From contig CAVPGK010000021.1 of NCBI GenBank assembly GCA_963703955.1, positions 120,065 through 184,064 of the forward strand: a DNA stretch of 64,000 nt, in the 5' to 3' direction. The notes below the pieces were generated by a model that searched no databases, had not been told where the DNA came from, and worked only from the letters and a program-made list of their open reading frames with translations. This DNA is from Nitrospirota bacterium (GTDB taxonomy: Bacteria; Nitrospirota; Nitrospiria; Nitrospirales; Nitrospiraceae). Within the stretch, counting starts at the first letter, position 1, and the number at the start of each line of letters is the position of its first letter. Position numbers and translations under genes: made by a program. Positions 20,419 through 31,436 of the stretch are shown piece by piece.

Positions 20419-21792
20419 CTAAAAGTTTACTCGCAGGTTGAGTGCACCGATGTAGTAGGTAGTCATGTAGGTTCCGTCGACCGTTGGGTTGATGTTGCCA
20501 CTGACTGTCCGATTCTCATAGAAGAGAGTCTGAAAGGCAAGGTCCAGGCCGATCGCCTTGGGATGGAACCGTCCCCCATCCGTGCGCCCGCATTGGAACA
20601 ATCCGAGGAAGCGCCCAGCGTCCTTGCACAGCAGGCCTAGTCCGACTGACACGGTGTAATTGTCGGCGTCCGGGACCGAGGGGTTAAACGTCGGGTCCGG
20701 AACCGCGTTCTGGCCAAACCAGAATCCGCCGCGGGCCGCAACCTCCCAGTGCGGCAGCTTCTCTGGATGCAGCCACTTGTATTCGGTACCGGTCATGATG
20801 GTGAACCCGCTTTGCCAGTTCCGGGGGAACGGAAGCGTGGCCCCGTTGGACAGGTGAACGTCCGTATTGCCGAAAGACTGCCAGTCCGTATAGTCAACAT
20901 CCAACTCCAATTTCCATTCATGGTCTTGGTCTCGGACCGGCCAGAGGGCGATCGCGCCAGTGAAAACCTGAGGCATGTTGAACGTCGACTGGGCGTTGGC
21001 CGCGACGGCCCCATTCACGAGGAACTGACCCTGCAGATCGAGCGAAAACTTGCTTCGGTACACGAAGCCAACGTTCACGAGCGGCTTTCCGTCCGCATTG
21101 CGGAGAGGGGTGTACATGAAGCTCGCGTTGAAGCCAACCGCTGTGTCTTTCCCGTTGATTTCCAAGGGCGTTGGAAACGGCGGAAGGCCTCCCACTCCCG
21201 GGGAATTCAACTTGGCTTCAGCCTGCCCCTCGCCCAGAAAGCCCAAAAATGTATAAATGTCCAGGCCGATGCCCACGGAGAACTGGTCGTTAACCTTGTA
21301 GGCGAGTGTTGGCTTGAAATCGACCAACTGGAAGCTCGCGCTGGTCACCGACGTGGAAAACGGGCCGTTGTTGGGATAGCGAATCTGTAAACCGAACGGA
21401 TACAGGAGACCGAACCCGACCGTCAGGTCGCCCAAGGCCGTGATACCAAGGTCCTTGAGGTTGGCCGTGAGGTAGAGATTGCTGGGCGGCGGCCACGCGA
21501 CGCTGCCCTGGAAATCCCCTGTCGCGGTCTGGCCGGCCGCGTTCTGGAATGAGGTAGTCCCCCCGACTAAAAGCCCGCCGACCGAGAATTGGACGCCTCG
21601 CAGCTGCGTCATGCCGGCGGGATTATAGTAGACAGCGGATGCGTCATCAGCCTGGGCGGTGAAGGCGGAACTCTGTCCGGTTGCCGACGCGCTCTGATCG
21701 ATGATCCGGAATCCGGACGCATGTAGCAGTGATGGACTCCCCATCAGGGTTAGTACCGTGCCAATGATTGCCAGTTTTTTCCGTGTGCCCAT
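20419..21792 (-). CDS. FadL/OmpP1 outer-membrane long-chain fatty acid transporter
   Basis: Signal peptide [15 protein letters not shown], then [29 protein letters not shown]-terminal Phe. Confidence 0.9.
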   Translation of the reverse strand: MGTRKKLAIIGTVLTLMGSPSLLHASGFRIIDQSASATGQSSAFTAQADDASAVYYNPAGMTQLRGVQFSVGGLLVGGTTSFQNAAGQTATGDFQGSVAWPPPSNLYLTANLKDLGITALGDLTVGFGLLYPFGLQIRYPNNGPFSTSVTSASFQLVDFKPTLAYKVNDQFSVGIGLDIYTFLGFLGEGQAEAKLNSPGVGGLPPFPTPLEINGKDTAVGFNASFMYTPLRNADGKPLVNVGFVYRSKFSLDLQGQFLVNGAVAANAQSTFNMPQVFTGAIALWPVRDQDHEWKLELDVDYTDWQSFGNTDVHLSNGATLPFPRNWQSGFTIMTGTEYKWLHPEKLPHWEVAARGGFWFGQNAVPDPTFNPSVPDADNYTVSVGLGLLCKDAGRFLGLFQCGRTDGGRFHPKAIGLDLAFQTLFYENRTVSGNINPTVDGTYMTTYYIGALNLRVNF

Positions 21793-21978
21793 GGGGGCCT
21801 TCCGGTTGAGCCGAGGGACCGCGGAGTCACGGAACTTCGTGGCCGCCCGGGGTCGGATTCGACGGAAAAGGGCTCTGGTGGCCTCAGATTCCACGACCTG
21901 CAAGGCCTCGGAGTTTCGGTGCGTGGCGCTCCAGGGTGGCAAGCTGTCGGCGAGAGCGGAATCAACCCGAGAGTGTCG

Positions 21979-22161
21979 ATACTGAGCAATATGGCCGTCG
22001 TAACGACGGACTTCGTCCGAGCACACCCGATGATAGTCACGGATCATGCATCGCAGGTCTTCAGGGTCCAGCCGCTCAGACAGTTCGGTCGATCCGACCA
22101 CATCACAGAACAACACGGTGAACTGCCGGCGCTCTGCCTCGCGTATGGTCGAGGCCTTCAT
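21979..22161 (-). pseudogene. Fragment of a class III adenylate/guanylate cyclase domain
   Basis: [36 protein letters not shown]. Breaks off immediately before the conserved GD. Confidence 0.8.
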
Positions 22162-22246
22162 CCGGATGCATCCCAAACCTCCCCCATCCCCACTCCTTGA
22201 ATGCGCCAAGGGGTCCCCATCCATTCACCACCTCCCTCTTCCACAG

Positions 22247-22280
22247 AAAAAAGGCTCGCGGAATGCGAAATTCCGGAGCC
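22247..22280 (-). terminator. Intrinsic terminator
   Basis: GGCTC-CGGAAT-loop-ATTCCG-C-GAGCC followed by T6 on the minus strand. Confidence 0.7.
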
Positions 22281-22554
22281 CTGGATCAACCGCGACGCTG
22301 CCCACGGAAGAAGAGAACCATTCGCTCCCGGCAACAGGGTGTGTACGATTCGTGATCCTAACCTTAGGAAACTATTGCAAGGCCGTTAACTCTTGTCAAG
22401 GTAATTCATGTAGGAAGTACCACTCAGTCTCTTGTACTGACTTCATCATTTCAGTCGCTTCCTTTCTTTCTTCTTCAAACAAGGAGGCGGGACGGGCAGT
22501 GTCTTCGTGAGCCGGCCGCATCTTTAGATTGACCACCGCCTCATTCCACTCCTC

Positions 22555-23127
22555 TCAGGATTTTCGATCTTTCTGCATCAGCTTGTCCGTCCAGGCCAGG
22601 AGTATTGCCGACCCCAGAAACGTGAGATGGATCAGGATCTGCCATTTGATGTGCTCAGGCGACACGTTCTTCACGTTCACGAAGGCCTTGAGCAGGTGGA
22701 TGCTGGAGATGCCGATCAGGGAAGATGCCAGCTTGACCTTGATTGTGCCGGGATCCACATGACTCAGCCAGTCCGGGCGGTCTCGATGGCCTTCCAAATC
22801 CAGTTTGCTCACAAAGGTCGCATAGCCGCCGATCACGACCATCGTCAACAGATTGGCCACCATTGTAATGTCCACGAGCGAGAGGATGCCGAGCATAAAT
22901 ACGGTCTCGGTCAGCTCACGGAGTTCGTGCACCATGCCCCACAGCTCTGTCAGAAACTTGTACGCGTAGAGTAGTTCCGCAAGAATCAGACCGGCATAGA
23001 GCGGCGCCTGAATCCAGCGGCTGGCGAAGATGACGATTTCTAACCCTTGTTCTATGCGGCTGATGCCCCCATGTCCCGGACCGACTGCAACGACGCTTCC
23101 GTGCGAGGGATTGCTTATGTCCGACAT
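22555..23127 (-). CDS. YqhA / TIGR00645 / UPF0114 membrane protein
   Basis: IFASRWIQAPLYAGL, GGYATFVSKL, KVKLASSLIGISSIHLLKAF. Confidence 0.88.
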   Translation of the reverse strand: MSDISNPSHGSVVAVGPGHGGISRIEQGLEIVIFASRWIQAPLYAGLILAELLYAYKFLTELWGMVHELRELTETVFMLGILSLVDITMVANLLTMVVIGGYATFVSKLDLEGHRDRPDWLSHVDPGTIKVKLASSLIGISSIHLLKAFVNVKNVSPEHIKWQILIHLTFLGSAILLAWTDKLMQKDRKS

Positions 23128-23465
23128 ACATCCTCCTTGCTGTTATGGTATGACAAGATGACGGCACCCCATGCCCAAATGATGGGAAGCCCGGACTCGA
23201 TCAGTACAAGGATCTTGGAATGGCGATGTCAGGTAGGATCAACCGGTACATCCTAGAAAAGTCTCACACGTCTGTCAATGCTTCGCCTTGATTCATCGCC
23301 TGCTCAAAGGTTGTCTAGCGAGGAATGCATTCTGAGCGATGCAATCATTGATTTGTGTTAAAGTCGGTCAATATGCATCTAAATGGTTTCTTGTACCGTA
23401 CTGTCAACTGCTATTGAGATTCACATCGCACCTAACCCAGTGACGCCTATCGTAGGAGCAGGTTA

Positions 23466-24713
23466 ATGAATATGTACCGAGAGTTGGAACTCAATCTGAC
23501 CACCGACCAACAGACGCTCAAAGAGCGCGTTCATCAATTTGCGAGAGAGGTGCTGCGGCCGACCGCCTTGACCCTTGACCGCCTGCATGATCCCCATGAG
23601 GTAATCGAGCCGAGTTCTCCGTTGTGGAGTGCACTGAAGGCCGCCTATGGACATGGGTTTCATACGGCGCTGATTCCCAATAAGTACGGCGGCTTGGGGC
23701 TGCAAGGCTTGAGCCTACATATAGCCTTGGAAGAATTAGGCTGGGGCAGCCCCGACTTTGCCGTCAGCCTCGCCATGGCTGGGTTTCCCTTCGCTATGGC
23801 AGCCTCCACCGGCAAGGCTGATCTTATTGACGAATTGGTCATGCCATTTATCAAGGATGCAGAGGCGCGATTGGTCGGCTGTTGGGCCATTACCGAGCCG
23901 GACCACGGCTCGGATCAATTCATGGCTGGCACTCCACAGTTTTATGATCCGGAGATTTCAGGACAAGTCGTCGCCCGGTCGGACGGGAACCACTACGTCA
24001 TTAATGGACAGAAGTCGGCGTGGGTTTCGAACGGAACCATCGCCACGCACGCCGTCGTGTACCTTTCGCTTGATCCATTGAAAGGATTGGCCGGTGGCGG
24101 CGTCGCATTTATTCCACTCGATCTTCCCGGCGTCTCAAAAGGTAAACCGCTGGATAAGCTCGGCCAACGAGCCCTGAACCAGGGCAGCATCACGTTCGCG
24201 GACGTGCGCGTCCCTAAGCGATATCTGTTGGCGGATTCATCGGCCTATGAGGCGATTCTCCATCACACGCTGTGCTTTTCAAACGCCGCCATGGGTGCCG
24301 TCTTTACCGGTGTCGCAAGAGCGGCTTACGAAGCGGCGATGGCATATACGAGGATCAGGGTGCAAGGCGGGAAGCCCATCAGCGAGCATCAATTGGTCCA
24401 GAAACATCTGTTCGATATGTTTACGAAAGTTGAAACATGCCGGGCTCTCTCGCGCGCGTCAACGGTCTACAATGCGACGATGCAGCCGCCGGCTCTCGAA
24501 CATGCCATCGCAACGAAGGTGTATTGCACACAGGCCTGCCTTGAAGTCACCGATACGGCACTGCAACTCTTCGGTGGAAAAGGCCTCAGCCGTGACTATC
24601 CCATTGAAAAGCTTTACCGCGATGCGCGTGCGGCCTTGATCGAAGACGGCGCCAACGATGTCCTTGCACTGGTAGGCGCACGTCAGATTCTAAATCGCGC
24701 AATCAGCGACTGA
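23466..24713 (+). CDS. Acyl-CoA dehydrogenase
   Basis: CWAITEPDHGSD, INGQKSAWVSNG, DKLGQR, QLFGGKG, EKLYRDAR. Confidence 0.92.
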   Translation: MNMYRELELNLTTDQQTLKERVHQFAREVLRPTALTLDRLHDPHEVIEPSSPLWSALKAAYGHGFHTALIPNKYGGLGLQGLSLHIALEELGWGSPDFAVSLAMAGFPFAMAASTGKADLIDELVMPFIKDAEARLVGCWAITEPDHGSDQFMAGTPQFYDPEISGQVVARSDGNHYVINGQKSAWVSNGTIATHAVVYLSLDPLKGLAGGGVAFIPLDLPGVSKGKPLDKLGQRALNQGSITFADVRVPKRYLLADSSAYEAILHHTLCFSNAAMGAVFTGVARAAYEAAMAYTRIRVQGGKPISEHQLVQKHLFDMFTKVETCRALSRASTVYNATMQPPALEHAIATKVYCTQACLEVTDTALQLFGGKGLSRDYPIEKLYRDARAALIEDGANDVLALVGARQILNRAISD

Positions 24714-24738
24714 ACAACGATGGCGCCGCGATCCTGCT

Positions 24739-25380
24739 TTAACTGCCCCGGACTAGTTGGTTGGGAAGCTCGTCGGGATTATCATCCTGTTTCGCGGGAA
24801 AATGCTGAGCCAAGAGGTCTCCGCATCTCGCGATGGCCCCGCAGAGAGCGTCCGTAGGTTGGCCGTCGTGAATACCCCGCACGAGATCGTTCACCAATTC
24901 GTCCCATGTCCCAGGAGGGACCCGCTCATGAATGGCGCGATCCGCCAACACCAGGGCTCGACGCTCCAACAACGACAGAAAAATCAGGACGCCGGTGCCT
25001 TCTCGCGTCTTATGCAAGCCCTGTTCATGAAATGCCGATTCCGCCCGCCGGCGTACTTTCGTCGCCATGCGTTCCTGTGACGTGAACAGTCGCACGCACC
25101 AGCGGAGCGTTCCGACCGCATGTCCGACCAGGTAGGCCACCACCACGCCAAGGACCATCCAACCGGGATGTGTCTCGGCCCAGTCATGCGGACCCCAGCC
25201 GTACTCGAACGCCAAGAACGCACTCAGAGCAAGCAGAGCCACAACCAAGCCGGCCAGATGCCAAGACTCACGGTAGCGCGCCGATGCCGGGACCACCATG
25301 GGAACGATCTCTCCCCGGGTCCGTCGTTCGGCCGCCCGCACTGCGTCGCGAATGGCAGCTAAATCCGATTCTGAAAACAT
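24739..25380 (-). CDS. TPM-domain membrane protein
   Basis: AVRAAERRTRGEIVP, TREGTGVLIFLS, NPDELPN. Third gene of the LemA operon. Confidence 0.88.
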   Translation of the reverse strand: MFSESDLAAIRDAVRAAERRTRGEIVPMVVPASARYRESWHLAGLVVALLALSAFLAFEYGWGPHDWAETHPGWMVLGVVVAYLVGHAVGTLRWCVRLFTSQERMATKVRRRAESAFHEQGLHKTREGTGVLIFLSLLERRALVLADRAIHERVPPGTWDELVNDLVRGIHDGQPTDALCGAIARCGDLLAQHFPAKQDDNPDELPNQLVRGS

Positions 25381-25494
25381 ACCTTCTACTCTCAGAGTGG
25401 TGACGGGCCGGGCTGATCCTTACTGCGCCGTCGAGTGAGCGCTTCTAACATGCGCGCTCCCCGAGCATAGGGGTCAGCCTGGCCCACTCTCTCC

Positions 25495-26391
25495 TCACCA
25501 CTGTCCTGATGCTCCTCCGCCCCCAAAATCTCCTCCCCCGCCTCCAAACGAATCTGTTGAGGAAGGGAAACCGCCACCATACCCGCCGCTCCACCCCGGG
25601 CCCCAACCGCTGTCCCAACCTCGTGACGCTCGTCTGCCTCCTCCGGAAAGCGCCGCGAGAACAAAGGCCACCACCATGCCCACCGCGCCAGCCGCAACGG
25701 CGAGATGGATTCCGGACGGCATGCCGATGAAGAACGAGAGGAGCCCGCTCACCGTTCCCGCCAAAACCCGTAGTGGTCGTCCGACCATCGCCCCGATCAG
25801 AGCCCCAAGGACCACCGCGATCACCAGGACACTCCACGCATCACTCGTCTCCGGCTGCATGCGAGGGGGTAACTCCGGTGGAATCTCAGTCCCTTCAATC
25901 GTGCCCATGATGGCCTTAAGTCCGGCGCTGATGCCTCCGGCGAAGTCGTTCGACCTGAAACGTGGCACGATGACGTTTCGAATGATACGGGCGGAGGCGG
26001 CGTCCGTCAGCTTCCCTTCAAGGCCATATCCGACTTCGATGCGGATTCGACGCTCACCGGGCACGATCACCAGCAACACGCCGTTGTCGCTGCCCTTCTG
26101 ACCCAGCTTCCAGGTGGTCGCGACCCGATGCGAGTAGTCTTCGAGCGGCTCGCCGTCCAGCGACGGCAGGGTCAGCACAGCGATTTGATTTCCGGTTTTT
26201 CGCTCGTGCTCGGCGAGTTCAGCGGATAGAGAGCTCTCGACATCCGCTGAAAGCAGGTTCGCGAGATCGACGATCCGTCCGGTGAGAGAGGGAACCTCAA
26301 GAGCAAGGGCAAACGACACTAAGACGAGAAAGGAACAGAAAATGACTAAAGAAAGACGACCGATACACGTGCGCGTGTGATAGAACATCAA
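25495..26391 (-). CDS. TPM-domain protein (YgcG/DUF477)
   Basis: WKLGQKGSDNGVLL, RIEVGYGLEG, Gly-rich tail FGGGGASGQW. Confidence 0.9.
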   Translation of the reverse strand: MMFYHTRTCIGRLSLVIFCSFLVLVSFALALEVPSLTGRIVDLANLLSADVESSLSAELAEHERKTGNQIAVLTLPSLDGEPLEDYSHRVATTWKLGQKGSDNGVLLVIVPGERRIRIEVGYGLEGKLTDAASARIIRNVIVPRFRSNDFAGGISAGLKAIMGTIEGTEIPPELPPRMQPETSDAWSVLVIAVVLGALIGAMVGRPLRVLAGTVSGLLSFFIGMPSGIHLAVAAGAVGMVVAFVLAALSGGGRRASRGWDSGWGPGWSGGYGGGFPSSTDSFGGGGGDFGGGGASGQW

Positions 26392-26396
26392 CCCTA

Positions 26397-26583
26397 GAGG
26401 CTGCTCAAAATGGCCTCCAGCAAGGCCGCAGGGTTCGCGACGCGAGGAATAACGAGCGTCACGTTTGCGAACGCCGGCGAGTCGGTGAGCCGGCCGGTTC
26501 CTTGAGGACCCGGAGGCGTACTCTTGTACGTTGAGGGGGACACGCGACTGAGAACGCCGCTGGAGGACATTTTCAGCAGCCTC
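26397..26583. mobile_element. MITE-like non-autonomous element
   Basis: 25-bp terminal IRs GAGGCTGCT(C/G)AAAATG(G/T)CCTCCAGC (23/25), flanked by CTA direct repeats at 26394-26396 and 26584-26586. Confidence 0.8.
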
Positions 26584-27177
26584 CTAAAACTTCACTTCGG
26601 GCGGCCTACTCACCGCCTTCTCATCCGCCACCGTGAAGGTCGGCTTGACATCGGCGTGCAGCAGAAATTTCGCAGTCAAATTGGTGGGGAAGAATCGAAC
26701 CGCCTTGTTATACTCGGCCACCCTGTCGATGTAACGTTTGCGCGCCACCGCCACCCGATTCTCCGTTCCTTCGAGCTGACTCTGCAGGTCTCGAAAATTC
26801 TCGTTGGCCTTCAAATCGGGATACCGCTCCGCCACCACCAGCAAGCGGGACAACGCGGACGACAGTTCTCCTTGCGCTTGCTGAAACTTCTGGAACGCGG
26901 CCGGATCCTTCAGCAGCTCCGGTGTGGCCTGAATACTGCCGACCTGGGCGCGCGCCCGAGTCACCGCTTCAAAGGTTTCCCGCTCATGCGCCGCGTAGCC
27001 TTTAACCGTGTTGACGAGGTTCGGAATCAAGTCCGCCCGGCGCTGGTATTGATTCAACACTTCGCTCCAGGCGGCGTTGGTTTCCTCATCCAGCCCCTGA
27101 ATCTCATTGTATCCGCACCCGGATACGACGGCCAACCAGAGCAGCCCGACCACCATCATCTCTAACCGCACCAGCAT
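26584..27177 (-). CDS. lemA: LemA family protein
   Basis: SGCGYN, QYQRRADLIPNLV, ERYPDLKANENF, LEGTENR. Confidence 0.93.
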   Translation of the reverse strand: MLVRLEMMVVGLLWLAVVSGCGYNEIQGLDEETNAAWSEVLNQYQRRADLIPNLVNTVKGYAAHERETFEAVTRARAQVGSIQATPELLKDPAAFQKFQQAQGELSSALSRLLVVAERYPDLKANENFRDLQSQLEGTENRVAVARKRYIDRVAEYNKAVRFFPTNLTAKFLLHADVKPTFTVADEKAVSRPPEVKF

Positions 27178-27444
27178 AGCTCACCCCCCCCGCTCCTCGT
27201 GATCAATTGCCGAGACCCCGAGGCCGACCGTTGTTGTGATTGTACCGGTAGTGAAGCGTTCGACAGCGTCTCACACCTGCTTCTTTGTGTAAGCCGGGCG
27301 CTGGGCCTCTTCATAGGCGAAACCACCGATCTCTGTCAAGGACGGAATGGCAAACGTGAGGCGTTCCCGGTGGGGGCGCTCTCTCCGAGGACCTATCGGG
27401 AGAGGGTGAGGAGTTTATTCGGGGGGAGGGTTGGGCCACACATA

Positions 27445-30400
27445 CTACGTCTGATGGTGACGAGGGTCATGAGTGAAGTTCGCTTGCTCGGCTATCAGTC
27501 GCCTCCGCACCTGTTCGAATTCCGCCTCGAGTTCGGTAAGGCATTCGCCGGCCTTGGTGAGTTCTCCGGCTTTTCCAAGCGTCTGGAGTTCGGCACAGGC
27601 CTGGCGCATTCGCCGTGCACCAAGATTCCCGCACGAGCCATTCAGCTCGTGAGCCGTCCGAGCAAGCGCTTGCCCATTTTTCTGCTGTATCGCCACCCGC
27701 AAGGCTCCCAGGCGGCGCGGGGTGTTCTCAAGAAAATGGGCGATCAGCGTGGCCAGGAAGTCGTCTTCCCCGACAAGGGTGCGCAGGTCGGCCAGCACCG
27801 AAGCGTCAATGGCATCGTCATGCGTTGCGTGGCCCTTGGCGCCAGACGCGTGGATCTCCATGCGTTCAAGGGCTTCCTCGGGAATCCACCTGCCGAGCGC
27901 GCCTTCGAGATCTTCCCGTTTCACTGGCTTGGCAAGATAGTCGTCCATGCCCACCTTCAGGCATGTTTGCCGGTCGCCCTCCATGGCATTGGCGGTCATG
28001 GCGATGATCGGAAGACGTCGCCTTGTCCCCTTGCGCTCGCGTTCCCTGATTGCCGTCGTCGCTTCGAAACCGTCCATTTCGGGCATCTGACAATCCATCA
28101 ACACGACCGAATAGGCAACCCGAGACACCGCCTCGACCGCCTCACGCCCATTCGACACGACGTCAACCCGATAGCCGAGCTTTGCCAACATACGGGCGGC
28201 GACTCGCTGGTTGTCGAGATTATCCTCCGCGACAAGGATTCGGGCTCTGGCCAACGCCGCCGCCTCTTTGAGACTGTGTCGAGTCACCAAGGAACTCTTT
28301 GGCCGGACCTCGGATGCATCGCAAGAAGACTCAAAGGCGGGCGAGTCGGTTCCCCTCAGTACCATGGTCAAGCATTGATACAAGTGAGGCCGTCGGATCG
28401 GCTTGGTCATATACGCGGCGATCCCCGCCTCCCGCGCTCGCTCAGCGTCCCCGCGTATACCGAGCGAGCTCAACAGAACCAGGCGAGTCGCCGTCAGGGC
28501 CGGATCAGTCTTGATGGCCCGTGCCAACTGCAGACCATCCATCTCCGGCATCTGCAGATCGAGAATCGCCAGGTCGCAGGGCTCCCCTCGCTTCACAGCG
28601 GCTTTCAACAGAGCGAGAGCCTGCGGCCCGTTCACGGCGCTGATGCTGCACAGTCCCCACTGACGGGCATAGTTCTCTAGAAGGAGTCGGCTCGCGGCAT
28701 TGTCGTCCACGATGCACACCCGCCGTCCCCGCAGTTCGGCCCGCGGCGGCAGCTCGACCTCGCTCCCCCTCGGCTGTTTGGCGAGTGGCACGGTGAACTG
28801 GAAGATGCTTCCCTGACCCAGGACACTTTCTACACCGATCCGGCCACCCATCAACTCGACCAGTTGACGGCAGATGGCGAGCCCTAGGCCGGTTCCACCG
28901 TACTTACGCGTCGTGGAGCTGTCGACCTGCGAAAACGCCTCGAAGAGACGCGCTTGGGCCTCAGGGGAGATTCCAATGCCGGTGTCGGAGACCGAAAATC
29001 CGACCAACGCGTCTTCGGCACTTTCCTCGCCCCGAGCGACGCGGATCATGACTCCGCCCTGCTGGGTGAACTTGACGGCGTTGCCCACAAGGTTGACCAG
29101 CACTTGTCGCAACCGGCCGGGATCGCCCCGTACGGCGGTCGGCGTCTCGGCCTGCAGGAGACACCCCAACTCCAGCCCCTTCTGTTCCGCCGATTGCGCA
29201 AACAGATCGAGGACCTCTTCGACCATCGTCCGCAGATCGAAATCGATGGTTTCCAGCGTCAGCTTGCCGGCCTCAATCTTGGAAAAGTCCAGGATGTCAT
29301 TCACGATGTCGAGCAGGACTTCACCGCATCGGCGCACCGTCTCGGCATACTCCTTTTGTTCAGGAGTCAGGGTCGTATCAAGGAGCAGATCCGTCATGCC
29401 GATCACGCCATTCATGGGGGTGCGGATCTCGTGGCTCATGGTGGCGAGGAATGCGGACTTGGCCTGGGTAGCCACTTGCGCCTCAGCCAACGCGGCGTCG
29501 AGCTCGCGGTTCTTTCGCTCGAGTTCGTGCGCATAGGCGCCGACCGTCGATTCTGACCGTGTTCGTTCGATGAACTGGCCGATCTGGCTGCCTATGGTGG
29601 CCAGCGTCTTGAGCAGGTCCTCGTCCGGCTGCTGCATGTCCCGGCTAAAGAATTCGAGCACGCCGAGCACATTCCCGGCAAGCAGGATCGGGAATGCCAG
29701 CGCTCCGTGCAGGTCCGCACGCGCCGCGGATTGGGCGCGGCCAGAGGTCGCATCACGCACCACATCGGAGATCCAGGCAGGTTCGCGGCTATTCCAAACA
29801 CGCCCGGGCAAGCCGACTCCCGGCGCTAAGGTCGTTCGTAACGAAACCTCCTCAAAGTCGGCGGTCTCTATCGATGGTTTGTGCCAGATTTCGGTGCAGC
29901 TCAGAACCTGAGCCTGCTGGTCCACGAGCCACAGCACCCCTACACTCCATTCCAGCGTGTTGCAGACGGTCTGGATGATTTTGGGTATGCCGTCGGCGAG
30001 CCTGCCGGACTCCGCCAGGATAACCGAGGCGCGGTGCTGCACGGCCAACCGCTGTTCGGTTCGCTTCCGCTCGGAGATATCGCGCACAAACACACTGAAG
30101 GTGTTGGTTCCTCCCACGCAGGCCGGCAAGATCGTCACCTCCGCCGGAAACTCGTGACCGCTTCGGTCCCACGCGGTGAGTTCGATCCGCTTGTTCAAGA
30201 CCGAGCCATCGCCGGTATCCAGAAAGCGTCGTGCTGCGCGCTCATGAGCTTCTCTGTGGGGAGGGGGAATGATGACGCGGGAAAGGGGACGTCCGATCAC
30301 TTCCTGTCGGGTCCAGCCGAAGATCCGTTCAGCCTGGGTATTCCAGTACCTGATGATTCCGGCGTCATCGACGGTGATCACCGCATCCAGGGCTGTCTCG

Positions 30401-31083
30401 ACGATCGTATGATTGCGCTCCTCGCTTTCGTGACGCTTCTCGTCCGCTCGTTCATGTTCGGCAATTTCGCGTCTGAGAGAGAGACTTGCCACACTGACGA
30501 GACCGAATGTCAGGACACTTCCCAACCCAAAGATGACCATCGTTCTGTGGGTATCCGCATTGATCTGCGCAGTCCTAACTTTCAAGATGTCCTGTTCCTC
30601 TTTCTCCATCTCCGCTATCATGCGCCGGATCGCATCCATCTTCTCCTTTCCCTGACTCGTGAGAACGATCTCTCGGGCAGCTCCCTGCCCCTTCGTCTTC
30701 CGCCCATCGATCATCACGTTCAACTCATCGAACTTCCTCGTCATCACCGCCTTCAGCGAAGCGAGACGGGACTGCTGCGGGGGATTGTCCGTAGTTAACG
30801 TCTTAAGGCGATCCAGACGTTCGTCAATGGAACTGGCCGCAGCGTAGTAGGGCTCTAGATACCGACCCTCTCCCGTGATGAGGTACCCCCGTTGCCCGGT
30901 CTCGGCATCTTTCATCATGGAGAGCGTGGCCTTGAGTTCGGCGAGGACTTCGTAAGTGTTGGCGACCCGCGAAATGTTTTGGGTCAGCTCTCGCGTGGCC
31001 TGATACATGATCACCACAAACAGAGCCAAAATAGTGAGCGCGAATGCGAACCATCCGAAGATCTTCTGTTCGATCGATCTCAT
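27445..31083 (-). CDS. Hybrid sensor kinase CHASE3-PAS-GAF-HisKA-HATPase-REC-REC-HPt
   Basis: [13 protein letters not shown] (CHASE3), [11 protein letters not shown], two receivers ([18 protein letters not shown]), HPt [13 protein letters not shown]. Likely start MRSIEQK. Confidence 0.92.
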   Translation of the reverse strand: MRSIEQKIFGWFAFALTILALFVVIMYQATRELTQNISRVANTYEVLAELKATLSMMKDAETGQRGYLITGEGRYLEPYYAAASSIDERLDRLKTLTTDNPPQQSRLASLKAVMTRKFDELNVMIDGRKTKGQGAAREIVLTSQGKEKMDAIRRMIAEMEKEEQDILKVRTAQINADTHRTMVIFGLGSVLTFGLVSVASLSLRREIAEHERADEKRHESEERNHTIVETALDAVITVDDAGIIRYWNTQAERIFGWTRQEVIGRPLSRVIIPPPHREAHERAARRFLDTGDGSVLNKRIELTAWDRSGHEFPAEVTILPACVGGTNTFSVFVRDISERKRTEQRLAVQHRASVILAESGRLADGIPKIIQTVCNTLEWSVGVLWLVDQQAQVLSCTEIWHKPSIETADFEEVSLRTTLAPGVGLPGRVWNSREPAWISDVVRDATSGRAQSAARADLHGALAFPILLAGNVLGVLEFFSRDMQQPDEDLLKTLATIGSQIGQFIERTRSESTVGAYAHELERKNRELDAALAEAQVATQAKSAFLATMSHEIRTPMNGVIGMTDLLLDTTLTPEQKEYAETVRRCGEVLLDIVNDILDFSKIEAGKLTLETIDFDLRTMVEEVLDLFAQSAEQKGLELGCLLQAETPTAVRGDPGRLRQVLVNLVGNAVKFTQQGGVMIRVARGEESAEDALVGFSVSDTGIGISPEAQARLFEAFSQVDSSTTRKYGGTGLGLAICRQLVELMGGRIGVESVLGQGSIFQFTVPLAKQPRGSEVELPPRAELRGRRVCIVDDNAASRLLLENYARQWGLCSISAVNGPQALALLKAAVKRGEPCDLAILDLQMPEMDGLQLARAIKTDPALTATRLVLLSSLGIRGDAERAREAGIAAYMTKPIRRPHLYQCLTMVLRGTDSPAFESSCDASEVRPKSSLVTRHSLKEAAALARARILVAEDNLDNQRVAARMLAKLGYRVDVVSNGREAVEAVSRVAYSVVLMDCQMPEMDGFEATTAIRERERKGTRRRLPIIAMTANAMEGDRQTCLKVGMDDYLAKPVKREDLEGALGRWIPEEALERMEIHASGAKGHATHDDAIDASVLADLRTLVGEDDFLATLIAHFLENTPRRLGALRVAIQQKNGQALARTAHELNGSCGNLGARRMRQACAELQTLGKAGELTKAGECLTELEAEFEQVRRRLIAEQANFTHDPRHHQT

Positions 31084-31436
31084 AGGTCTTTTACCGCAGC
31101 CAGCCAGACCGATTGACGACGTAGCCCACCTGCCGCGTTCTCTCAGGCCGGGCTCCGCCAAGGCCGAGAGCATGCCATCACAGGGTCCGACCTACCTCTC
31201 CACAGTCCCGATGAATAGTGTAGCTGATTCGTCTGTTTTCAGTAGTTGGATCACACGCTTATACAGTGGTCCCTATCATCCGGCTCTACTACCGGCCTGA
31301 TACCGATCCCGCTCTCGGCGACGGGGCCGGGGGGCGCTTTTCTCGCATCCGGGAAGGAAAACAGGTGAGAGATCCTCAGCGTGGAACTAGCCTTCCAGGC
31401 CAGTTCCTCTGCGACTGACCGACAACCGTATCAGCG

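Noticed and set aside
20419..22224. 601-aa ORF as a true cyclase-FadL fusion
   Set aside because: The cyclase part breaks before its second metal-binding Asp, the linker looks non-coding, and FadL has its own signal peptide starting at 21792. A chance in-frame join is more likely.
27199..28680. Long plus-strand ORF (493 aa) and similar antisense ORFs such as 41238-42296 and 43315-44193
   Set aside because: They lie antisense to well-supported genes in GC-rich DNA and have no recognisable motifs, so they are shadow ORFs.
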